Assembly: GCA_964527555.1 (NCBI GenBank)
Contig: CAZGOG010000001.1
Span: 52,602 to 116,601 of the forward strand
From: an uncultured Planctomycetia bacterium
GTDB taxonomy: Bacteria > Omnitrophota > Gorgyraeia > Tantalellales > Tantalellaceae
DNA: 64,000 nucleotides
Direction: 5' to 3'
Below, piece by piece: positions 48,654 through 57,268 of this stretch. A program made the position numbers and the translations under genes. Positions within the stretch are counted from its first letter, which is position 1; every line of letters starts with the position of its first letter. The notes below the pieces were generated by a model. It made no database searches and was not told the DNA's origin. It worked only from the letters and a program-made list of their open reading frames with translations.

Positions 48654-51600
48654 TTACGCGTAGGTCCAGAATTCCTGCATAAGCCTGTACTCGCGCGCCA
48701 GCATTTCCGTCCAGCGCACCACATTGTCCAGGAAGTACTGGACTCTTTTCTTTATATCTTCGCCGCTTGAGTTTTCTTCCGAGACGCTTAATGCGTCTAT
48801 AAACTTGCCCGCGGCGTCTTTATCAAGATGGAAACTTTCCCCGAGCATCTCCAGTAAAAGCGCCTTTACTACGATAGCGTCCCCTGCCCCGTCCTCCAAA
48901 AGGCGTGCGAGAATAGTGACCATGAGAAAGCGGGCCTGCCAGAGCGTCTTCTCTCCCGAGCTTTTCATGTTTGCCGGAAACTCAAGATTAAGAAGTCTTA
49001 CGTCCCTGAAAAGTTCTACGCTGCTTTTATCATTCAAAAGACCGGATATCGCCCGGCTAGTCCAGGAATTAGATATAATGATCCTTTTTACGCCGTCGGG
49101 TCTCTCTGAAAGATGATTGGACAGGCTCCTTGCATTATACGTGGTCACCTCTATGGATAATCCCCTTCTTTGCATCAGTTTGATCGCTTTTTTCATATCA
49201 TGGGTCAGTTCAAACTTCTCCAGTTCCGTTTGAGGCACAAGGATCTCGATGCTTGTTTCATGAAGAAGGTTTACCGCCTCGAAAGTAGCCCTTTGATCCT
49301 CCTCTTTAAACCCTACATCACTCGGAGTGCCGGGACCTGCCCGGCTGGCAATACGCGCGATAAATGTTCTGGTAAATTCCTGTTCTTTGTTAAACTCCGC
49401 GATAGCTTCTGCCTGCCGCAATAAATCTCTTTTCTCTTCCAGGAGCCCGCCTGCCCTCTTGGTGAGTTTAACCGTCTCCGACGCCGCGCTCGGATTCTCA
49501 ATCCTTAATAGATACATGCTTTTTGCAACTGAAGGTTTTACCTCTCCAGCAGCCTTGAAGTTGCCTCTATTTTGCAGAAAAACTCCTTTCATGCTCCAGG
49601 GATCGAATCCGGCGCATATAAAAAACTTTATATCCGCGCCCTCCTCATCCACGGACCTTACAAGAATATCACCTCTTCGAAGGCTCTGGCATGAAATTAC
49701 CGGCCTGAACTCTTCCGGCGTATTCAGCGCCGCGTGTATTTCCTTTTGCAGGGTCCGTTCTTTCTGGCGCATTTGGTCTATTTTCCCCGCAAAACCTTCC
49801 AACCCCGTTTCGATTATCTCTATTTCTATTTCGTTTAAACTCTCTTCTAATCTTTCTAGCTCTAACAATGCCCTCGCCAAGTCAAGCGGCACTTTTATGT
49901 CTTCGGGTATATATTCACGTTCCGCGGCTACCTGATAAGTCCCGGTAAACGACGGCGGTTTTTTCGTCAGATCTTCGATTCTCTCATTTATTGCTTTGAT
50001 GATGACTGCGTTTCTGCTTAAAGTTTCGTTGTCTGGTTCACCTGTCAGGTCGCCGGCTACGTACATTATGAAATACTCCAATAGACTCTCCAGGACTATG
50101 GGATTTTCTATCGCGTTTATCTGTTTCTGTGCTTCTTCCATGGACGCGTCTTCGCCGCTTTTGAGCGCATTAACAATAAATATACGCGCGCTTGCTATTT
50201 CATAGACCACTCTTTCGCCTTTGGGGGTAAGAAACCAGCGGTCCTTTCCCTTTTTCTGCCTGAGGCATCCCATATCCACTAAGACGTCTCTGACACGCTC
50301 ACGTGTTTGAAGAGTGGTTGCCAGGCCGAAACTTTCGGAGCTTTCTTCGTGCTGCCCGTCCGTAAACCCGCTCCGCTCGAAAAATACAAGATGCTTTACG
50401 CCAAAAAGGATGAGCGCATCTTCAAGCGCACCCTCCGGAAGTTCCACAGTCTCTATTGCGCCTGTGGTATCCTTTAAGCTTCCTTTGGAAGAAAACGGGA
50501 GCCATCTTAAAAACTTCTGCCAGGTTGATTTTTCTTCGGGCTCATTCAAAGGAATCTCGATTTCTTGGGCGCTTCTTATCCCGGGGCCTTTTGCGCCAAA
50601 GCGCTTTTTGCCGCCTGCGTGCAGACTGGCATCAGGCTCTATCATACCCTTGAACCATGTATTTATACACAGCTCTAAAACACCTTTTGTAAGATCAGGA
50701 AACTCCCCGTGAAAAGTCGTATGAAACTTCCCGCTCTTTATATGTTTATCACCTTCTCCATACTCATACGCGACCATGTAAGGAGCAGGTTCTCCGTCCG
50801 TCAGAATAATACCAAGCTTTAAAACGCCTTTTTCCACCTGCGGGTTTTCGATCTCTATTATTACAGCCGCTTCACCGGGCTCGGCAGTTATAGAGTACTT
50901 GAGACTGTACGTCCTGAGATAAGTAAGGGCGGTTTCCGCTGCTTGTATAAGCTGGCCGTTGGTTTTTCTTAAGATTTCCTCATCCATTTGTTTCTGCACG
51001 GCATCACCTAGAGCGCCATAAAAATCACAGACAAAATAGAGATGCGCATAACTTGTTTTTAATTTATTATGGATATCGTACTTCTCCCTCACTTCTTCAA
51101 CATCTGTCAGTTCAGTTAATTCTTCTAATAGCGGCAGCATCCCGCGCATCTGGCCTCCGACATACGCGATAAACTGGCGCGCCAGGTCCGCATCCAACTC
51201 GTCAGCATTCTTGTCCCAATATACCCTGCCGATCTCGCTGTTTAGATCGTCTTGTCTCGTTTTGTGAGTTTTTTTGCTTATCTCGTCCGCGACTTTTTCG
51301 ATTTTTTCACGATCCTTAAAAGCCCATAAGCATGTCTGAAGAGCCGGGTAAAGCGTAGAGTTAAGCCTGTCATTAAAAAGCAGATACATAGCAGCTGCTA
51401 ACTTGCGCACTTTCCCGGGGCTGGCGACGATCTCTTCTGCCCTTTCTTCCTGGAATTGTCTCTTCTGGATCTCATCCGGGCTCAATACGAATCTAGCCGC
51501 CCCGTTTCTGCGGTATAGATCTTCACTTAGCTCTTCCGACTCTTTCGTGGTTATTTCACCGGCCTGTTCGCGCCGAATGATCTCATTCCACTCACGGCGC

Positions 51601-53642
51601 ATTTTTTCATCCTGCTCAATCGATACCGTAAAAGAAGCGAGCCTCCCTTGCCGGACCATCTGGTCAAGTATGAGCTGGACGCTGGCTGCCTCGGGCGAGC
51701 CCAGCCTTTCCGTTATCTCTTTCGCGGGGATCCCTTCCACCATATATTCCTCTTCGCGGAGCGCATCGATTGCGCAAATGACCGCCTCCTCAACAAGGAT
51801 TGTCTTCTCTTTTGCAAGTTCTCTTGCCCTGGCCGTCGCTTCCAGAATTTCCGTATCACTTGCGGCGCCCAGGAAGCGGTATACATCCGCTCCTATAAAC
51901 TTATTTCTATCTTCTGTCACAAGCTCAAAAAGCCCCGCTCTGTCGAGCGCGACACATTCCACTTCTCCAAGAGGATCAACCCATACGCATAAATAAACTT
52001 TAGATTGTGAATCCTCTTCATAAATTGAAATAATATCGCCTTTTTCTATATCAAGAAGGCCGTCTTTACGGCCGCTTTCATTTACCACTCTTAGCATGAG
52101 TTTCTCGAACACCAGGCTCTGGAGGCGCTTCTCCTCTTCTTGCAGGTATTCCCTTAATGCCCCGAACTCCTCCCACTCTTCTTGTGATAACATATATTCG
52201 AGGCGAGAAAGCACTGATAACGCACCGGCCAAAACTGCCGGAACGTCTCTGGTGCTAAGCTCTTCCAATCCGGCTTCTTCGATTTTTGCGTTCATCGTCT
52301 TAAGCGCAAGCGGGGTAGCTTTTAAAAGTATTTCCCTGTAATCGGGTCTAAGAGCTGCTTTCCGCAGCATTGTCTTCAAAAAGTCATACTTGACATCGGG
52401 TGAGGCCTCCCGGACAGCATTAATTACTACTTTCTTGAGGGCTTCTGACGGTTCATCGGGGAAGGCCTCTTCTATAAAACCAAGAAGCTTAGCCGGCTCT
52501 AGCTGGTCTTTTCCCTCTCCCGTGGCGGAGAAGATGTGCCGGTCTTTCGCGATTTTGTGTCTTCGCTCATTATAGTAGTCAGTTTTAAGTGTCTCGAGGC
52601 TTTCCCTGAAGTCCTTAAACTTTTTATCATGCAAAAGATCCGGAACTTCCACGTATTCCCCGTCCCTCAAGAAAAACTCGTGGTTGAGCCTGCAGGCAAA
52701 CCTTATAGCTTCTTGCCAGCGCGTCATATCGTCTTTCAGGTTCGGGAACTCCTCGTCAAGTTTCTCGCCGTCCGACTTTTCCGGCCCGAAGATCCACTTT
52801 ATGCGCTGCGCAAGTTTGACATTATCGTACCTTGTCGTATTAGCCAATAGATACGACGTTAAAAACCAGAGCCAGATCTTATCGTTATCGTATTTGTAGT
52901 TGCCGCCGATCTTACTTGCCTCGATCTCCTCTTCTTCTGTCGGGAAGAGGCTTGAGTAGTGCCCTCCGCCTTTAGGCGCCAGGTGCGGCTCCTCTTCATG
53001 TTTCGAAGAAGATTTTCTCCCTGTCTTAGAAATCTCCAGGTCCATCATCTCATGTTTAGCGACGCGGTGGAATATACCCCAGGCCAGACTTATCGTTCTT
53101 TCGCTGCCGTCGGGGAAACGCCGCGTGTACCAGACATCGTTTTCTCTTATATGGTTCCACCACTCGAGGAATTTCGGGTGGACTACCAAGACATGTTTTC
53201 CGTCCTTATGAGGCTCGATACGCGATATGGGGAACTCCCCCTCCTCTTCATTCACGGGAAAATACCCTACCTGTATATCAAGCTCGCCGGGCGGGATACG
53301 CGCCTCTACATTTCTGAAATACTTAAGCGCCTCTATAAGGTCTGTTTTTAGGAAAATGGCGTTCTTCTCCCAGGATTCAGGCCGCCTTTTATAATCGGCT
53401 CTTACAAAATCGACTCCGGGTATATCCTGAGGCTCTTGTTTATGAAGACGCCTCGGATGCTCATATTCGGGCAGTATGAGAGCTCCGTCCCCGCGGTTTA
53501 TGCCGAACTTTTTTTGCCCCAAAGCATACATTTCTTTACGCACAACCGGTATATTCGAGCCCGGCTGCGGGCTGAGTGCAAAAGAGACGTTACTTACAAA
53601 AAACGCAGTTATTACAAATAAACTTGTTATTTTTTTCCGCAT
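48654..53642 (-). CDS. Large (1662 aa) secreted protein of unknown function
   Basis: Uninterrupted ORF, Sec signal peptide (MRKKITSLFVITAFFVSNVSFA), own consensus promoter; no family recognised. Confidence 0.85.
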   Translation of the reverse strand: MRKKITSLFVITAFFVSNVSFALSPQPGSNIPVVRKEMYALGQKKFGINRGDGALILPEYEHPRRLHKQEPQDIPGVDFVRADYKRRPESWEKNAIFLKTDLIEALKYFRNVEARIPPGELDIQVGYFPVNEEEGEFPISRIEPHKDGKHVLVVHPKFLEWWNHIRENDVWYTRRFPDGSERTISLAWGIFHRVAKHEMMDLEISKTGRKSSSKHEEEPHLAPKGGGHYSSLFPTEEEEIEASKIGGNYKYDNDKIWLWFLTSYLLANTTRYDNVKLAQRIKWIFGPEKSDGEKLDEEFPNLKDDMTRWQEAIRFACRLNHEFFLRDGEYVEVPDLLHDKKFKDFRESLETLKTDYYNERRHKIAKDRHIFSATGEGKDQLEPAKLLGFIEEAFPDEPSEALKKVVINAVREASPDVKYDFLKTMLRKAALRPDYREILLKATPLALKTMNAKIEEAGLEELSTRDVPAVLAGALSVLSRLEYMLSQEEWEEFGALREYLQEEEKRLQSLVFEKLMLRVVNESGRKDGLLDIEKGDIISIYEEDSQSKVYLCVWVDPLGEVECVALDRAGLFELVTEDRNKFIGADVYRFLGAASDTEILEATARARELAKEKTILVEEAVICAIDALREEEYMVEGIPAKEITERLGSPEAASVQLILDQMVRQGRLASFTVSIEQDEKMRREWNEIIRREQAGEITTKESEELSEDLYRRNGAARFVLSPDEIQKRQFQEERAEEIVASPGKVRKLAAAMYLLFNDRLNSTLYPALQTCLWAFKDREKIEKVADEISKKTHKTRQDDLNSEIGRVYWDKNADELDADLARQFIAYVGGQMRGMLPLLEELTELTDVEEVREKYDIHNKLKTSYAHLYFVCDFYGALGDAVQKQMDEEILRKTNGQLIQAAETALTYLRTYSLKYSITAEPGEAAVIIEIENPQVEKGVLKLGIILTDGEPAPYMVAYEYGEGDKHIKSGKFHTTFHGEFPDLTKGVLELCINTWFKGMIEPDASLHAGGKKRFGAKGPGIRSAQEIEIPLNEPEEKSTWQKFLRWLPFSSKGSLKDTTGAIETVELPEGALEDALILFGVKHLVFFERSGFTDGQHEESSESFGLATTLQTRERVRDVLVDMGCLRQKKGKDRWFLTPKGERVVYEIASARIFIVNALKSGEDASMEEAQKQINAIENPIVLESLLEYFIMYVAGDLTGEPDNETLSRNAVIIKAINERIEDLTKKPPSFTGTYQVAAEREYIPEDIKVPLDLARALLELERLEESLNEIEIEIIETGLEGFAGKIDQMRQKERTLQKEIHAALNTPEEFRPVISCQSLRRGDILVRSVDEEGADIKFFICAGFDPWSMKGVFLQNRGNFKAAGEVKPSVAKSMYLLRIENPSAASETVKLTKRAGGLLEEKRDLLRQAEAIAEFNKEQEFTRTFIARIASRAGPGTPSDVGFKEEDQRATFEAVNLLHETSIEILVPQTELEKFELTHDMKKAIKLMQRRGLSIEVTTYNARSLSNHLSERPDGVKRIIISNSWTSRAISGLLNDKSSVELFRDVRLLNLEFPANMKSSGEKTLWQARFLMVTILARLLEDGAGDAIVVKALLLEMLGESFHLDKDAAGKFIDALSVSEENSSGEDIKKRVQYFLDNVVRWTEMLAREYRLMQEFWTYA

Positions 53643-53709
53643 TTATACTCCGATTCAAGTTTTTACAATATTCTGGCGATTATTATGGATGAATAATTAA
53701 TGAAGTCTT

Positions 53710-53738
53710 ATTATAGTACATGGGTATTGTTAGGTCAA
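53710..53738 (-). promoter_or_regulatory. sigma70 promoter of the large secreted protein
   Basis: TTGACC-N17-TATAAT on the minus strand. Confidence 0.75.
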
Positions 53739-53896
53739 TATAAATTTAGATTACTTTTGCATTCTTAACTGTGATTGTAAGATATTGCTTCATAAGAGCT
53801 TACGATGGCTGTTATTTTTATACCATAAGAAAGCAAGAATTGACTAGATACTACAAAATTTCACCTGTGTATTTTTGATGAAATATAAAATTTTTA

Positions 53897-53925
53897 TTGA
53901 TTTTTTAATAAAATAGTCTTATAAT
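53897..53925 (+). promoter_or_regulatory. sigma70 promoter of the ECF sigma gene
   Basis: TTGATT-N17-TATAAT ending 9 nt before the ATG. Confidence 0.7.
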
Positions 53926-53934
53926 ACCCCTGTT

Positions 53935-54549
53935 ATGACTACCGGTGAATTATTAAAAAAATGTATCGATAAAGATAAAAGCGCCTGGGACGAGTTCATA
54001 AGACGCTACCGCCCTCTCGTTCTAAGAAGCGCAAGATACAAGCTAAACATATTAAACCGGCCTTTTTTAAAAACCCGCATACTGGAGGATATCGTCCAGG
54101 AAGTGTTTTTCACCATATGGCAAAAAGACAAGCTCAAAGGCCTCAGGGATGCTTCCTGCGTTAAAAGCTGGCTCGTCATAGTCACGATCAACACCGCCAG
54201 TAATTACTGCAGGAAAAATATATTCAACCCTGAAAGAAATACTTTTTCCATGCATGAAGAGCCCTCCTCCGATATGGCTGGGCTCTCTCCGGAGGCATCT
54301 ATCTCCTCCGTAAAGCTTGATACGGGTAAGATGCTGGAAGCGAATGAACTAAAAAGCCTATTGGATAAGGAAATATCCAAGTTAAGCGACAAAGAGCAGC
54401 TTGCGCTTAAATTCAACATATACGAGGGCAAGAAACAAAAAGATATTGCCAGGATAATGAATGTACCCGAAGGTACTGTCGCGACCCTCATAAGCCGCGC
54501 AAAGCTCCAGCTAAAGGAAAAGTTAAAAAGCTTTATCGAGAGCAGATAA
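53935..54549 (+). CDS. ECF-type RNA polymerase sigma factor
   Basis: Region 2 (EDIVQEVF..IW, SWL) and region 4 (QKDIARIMNVPEGTVATLISRAK). Confidence 0.92.
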   Translation: MTTGELLKKCIDKDKSAWDEFIRRYRPLVLRSARYKLNILNRPFLKTRILEDIVQEVFFTIWQKDKLKGLRDASCVKSWLVIVTINTASNYCRKNIFNPERNTFSMHEEPSSDMAGLSPEASISSVKLDTGKMLEANELKSLLDKEISKLSDKEQLALKFNIYEGKKQKDIARIMNVPEGTVATLISRAKLQLKEKLKSFIESR

Positions 54550-54557
54550 AATGAAGA

Positions 54558-54594
54558 TTTTTGAAAGAAAACGCTTAAAAATATTGTCTCTATA
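54558..54594 (+). promoter_or_regulatory. Putative ECF promoter 1 (upstream of the anti-sigma gene)
   Basis: TTTTTGAAAGAA-N14-TTGTCT; same motif and spacing at 55081. Confidence 0.6.
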
Positions 54595-54613
54595 GAAAGA
54601 AAGGAGGAGACTT

Positions 54614-55030
54614 ATGATGAATAGAATCTGTCCGTCTGAAGAGGTGCTGAGCGCGTATCTCGCTGATGCGCTCTCTGCGGAAGAAAAAGAAAGAGTCGAA
54701 CGCCACCTGGCGCGCTGCAGGATCTGCCGCCGGACTCTTTCAGAAGCTTATGATATCCTGAGTAAACCCGATTTCCGCGAAAAAATAAGGGATATTCTGA
54801 AATCCCTGGCAAAGAACCTGTGGCTTGCCTGCTCGGTTTTGTTTTTTGCGCTTTCTTTCGTCTTTTCTAAATATTTCCTGCAGCTGCTCGTCGCCTCTCT
54901 CCTTATGGGAGGAAAATGGATCATCGATTCTAAAAGTGCAAGAATGCTTATAATGATCCATGAAGCATGGAAGCACACCGACAAGGACAAAACCGACAAG
55001 ATACACTCCCGTACCGATTCCGAAGAATAA
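54614..55030 (+). CDS. Zinc-binding (zf-HC2/ZAS) membrane anti-sigma factor
   Basis: CP...LSAYL...HLARCRIC (HxxxCxxC) followed by two TM segments; AAGGAGG RBS. Confidence 0.85.
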   Translation: MMNRICPSEEVLSAYLADALSAEEKERVERHLARCRICRRTLSEAYDILSKPDFREKIRDILKSLAKNLWLACSVLFFALSFVFSKYFLQLLVASLLMGGKWIIDSKSARMLIMIHEAWKHTDKDKTDKIHSRTDSEE

Positions 55031-55080
55031 GCCCCCTCTTTCATTATAGACATTTGACTCTCTTGAAAATTTTTTAAATT

Positions 55081-55116
55081 TTTTTGAAAGAATTTCCCGT
55101 CAAATGTTGTCTATAA
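55081..55116 (+). promoter_or_regulatory. Putative ECF promoter 2 (upstream of spoVG)
   Basis: TTTTTGAAAGAA-N14-TTGTCT. Confidence 0.6.
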
Positions 55117-55168
55117 CTTATAAAGGGTAAAACATGCGAAAGAACGACAAAACCAAAGGAGGTGAAAG

Positions 55169-55441
55169 ATGAATGCAAAACCTGTAATCAAAGTCGAACG
55201 GATCCATATTCTGGAAGGGGAAGGACCGACAAAGGCGTTCTGCGACCTTTTGGTCCTGGACTCCTTCCTGGTAAAGGGCCTCAGGGTCGTCCAGGGAAAG
55301 GAAGGCCTCTTCGTGAGCATGCCGAGGGAACAGGCGCGTGACGGCAAGTGGTACGATACCTTCCACCCTGTCTCCAAGGAGGTGCGTAAAGGCCTGGAGG
55401 AACTGGTTCTTGAGAGCTTCTCCACCGAAGAGAAACCTTAA
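55169..55441 (+). CDS. spoVG: SpoVG-family nucleic-acid-binding protein
   Basis: KAF...LVKGLRVVQGKEGLFVSMP...W.DTFHPV..E.R; AAGGAGGTG RBS. Confidence 0.88.
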   Translation: MNAKPVIKVERIHILEGEGPTKAFCDLLVLDSFLVKGLRVVQGKEGLFVSMPREQARDGKWYDTFHPVSKEVRKGLEELVLESFSTEEKP

Positions 55442-55446
55442 CGCGC

Positions 55447-55483
55447 AAAAAAAAGTAGCCGGGGTTAATCTCCCCGGCTACTT
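55447..55483 (-). terminator. Intrinsic terminator between convergent genes
   Basis: Perfect 12-bp stem AAGTAGCCGGGG/CCCCGGCTACTT with an A8 run (U-tail on the minus strand); possibly bidirectional. Confidence 0.8.
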
Positions 55484-55512
55484 CCACCATTCCATTCTAC
55501 CAAGCGCAATCG

Positions 55513-56046
55513 TTAAAGGCTGCTTAGATCCGACCTTATAGCCTCGATAACTTCGGCGCGGACGTTTTCTTTATCAAGCTTATTGATGATCTCATGGGTT
55601 ATTTTTTGCTTGTTCCGGTCCCTGTCTCTCATGTTGTGGCAGAGCTCCGTCATTTTGAGAGCCAGTATCTTAAACTCATCGCGTTTTCTTAAGACAAGGT
55701 CGCTGGAATAATCCCCTTCCATGAGCGAATCGACATATCTGCCGATCCTGTAAACGGGGCCTGCTATCCTGTGTGAAAGCACAAGCCCTATCAAAATAAA
55801 AAGAGGAGTAATGAGAAGGATCCTGAATAAAAGCGTCATGTTTGCAGAACGGAAGATATAAACCAGCCTGCTTGTGGGGTACACGTTGGCCAGCTTCTCT
55901 CCCAGCGTAGTCCATGTGGTGTAATAGACGGTATAACCCGCAATAGCAGCACCTATATACAGAAAGAGTAAGATGTAAGCGATATATTTCAGCTGGAACT
56001 GGGCTGCGATCAGGTATTTTTTCCTTTTTATCTTCTGAGCGTTCAT
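55513..56046 (-). CDS. Two-TM membrane protein with a HAMP-like domain
   Basis: Two TM segments, SHRIAGPVYR...GD...LRKRDE pattern. Confidence 0.75.
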   Translation of the reverse strand: MNAQKIKRKKYLIAAQFQLKYIAYILLFLYIGAAIAGYTVYYTTWTTLGEKLANVYPTSRLVYIFRSANMTLLFRILLITPLFILIGLVLSHRIAGPVYRIGRYVDSLMEGDYSSDLVLRKRDEFKILALKMTELCHNMRDRDRNKQKITHEIINKLDKENVRAEVIEAIRSDLSSL

Positions 56047-56061
56047 TTATCCTCCATCTTT

Positions 56062-57051
56062 TTATGATTTGCTGTAGTCTATGAATTTTTTCCATATGAC
56101 TACTTCCCGGCTTGTTTTAAGCGCGAGGTCCTTACCCCTTCTGGAATATATTATATTTTCAACATCTTTTAACGGCATGTACCTGGTGGACTTACCTTGC
56201 ACCTCTAAAATTATATCGCCTTCTTTTATCCCCGCTTTTTCCGCGGCACTTTGTGTAGATACCTTTTTGACCTCTAGCCCCTCCATCTCCGAAAAGTCCA
56301 GTTTTATCCCGACCAGAGACGTGTAGCTCTCGGGCCTGTCTTCCAGTCTGAGCATATACGAGCGCTCTATCACCAGTTTTGAATCCATGACAGTCGGGTC
56401 AAGAAGCCTGTTCATCACCTCTATCGGCTCCATATATTTGACGGGCCGGCCCCATATGACGGAGAGAACGTCGCCTTTCTTGATCCCCGCTTTTTCCGCG
56501 GGAGAATTTTTGGAGACGCTGGTGATGACGTATGACCGTCCAACGTTTTTCAAGGTGATCCCGAGACCGTCCCTAAGGTGCCTGTCCTTCTCCTGCATGT
56601 CGTAAACAAGCGCCCCTTCCCTGCCCTTTAATTGCTCGTTAAGACTTTGTATGTAGCGGAGTTTGTCGGCCCTTCCCCCGTTAACAAGGTAAGTCTGCAC
56701 ATAATTAAGTCCGTCTTTTGCTCTTTTATAATAGGGGTTTATCTCTAAAGCTCTTTGATAATAATAATACGCCTTCTTGTACAGCTTCCTGTCCTGGTAA
56801 CGGTCCCCTATATTGGTAAGGTTCTGCTCTTCCAAGTCGAACATGATATTGGCTATGTCTTTACGCATTATCTGTTTTTCGCCGTCTACGGTGGAAAGCA
56901 CTATTCTGTCCTTGTATTCCTCTACCACCACCCCCTTGATATACTCTTTGTTTTTCATGACGACGGTATCGGTGTAGGAAGCGGCAGTCAGCCCAAAATA
57001 TACGACGGCTGCCGTGACACCAGGGATCAGTAGTTTTCTTAAAACGCCCAT
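56062..57051 (-). CDS. Exported TPR / tandem-PDZ protein
   Basis: Signal or anchor segment, TPR-like AYYYYQRALEINP, two PDZ motifs (SPAEKAGIKKGD; SAAEKAGIKEGD). Confidence 0.8.
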   Translation of the reverse strand: MGVLRKLLIPGVTAAVVYFGLTAASYTDTVVMKNKEYIKGVVVEEYKDRIVLSTVDGEKQIMRKDIANIMFDLEEQNLTNIGDRYQDRKLYKKAYYYYQRALEINPYYKRAKDGLNYVQTYLVNGGRADKLRYIQSLNEQLKGREGALVYDMQEKDRHLRDGLGITLKNVGRSYVITSVSKNSPAEKAGIKKGDVLSVIWGRPVKYMEPIEVMNRLLDPTVMDSKLVIERSYMLRLEDRPESYTSLVGIKLDFSEMEGLEVKKVSTQSAAEKAGIKEGDIILEVQGKSTRYMPLKDVENIIYSRRGKDLALKTSREVVIWKKFIDYSKS

Positions 57052-57268
57052 TTTATGTCCTTTGTATACAAAACACCCTTATCTCTTGCGGCGATTCAAC
57101 TTCCCGCTAGAGACATATTATATCTATATTCACTATGCTATTAATTAGTTTACCTTTACTACTGTGGCAATGCAAATTGTTCAGTTAAAAAATAGGGGTA
57201 GGTAAAAACGCGGGGAGAAAGCTCACTTTTTAATAGGCAAGTTGTTCAGTCCCGGAGTGATTACATGC

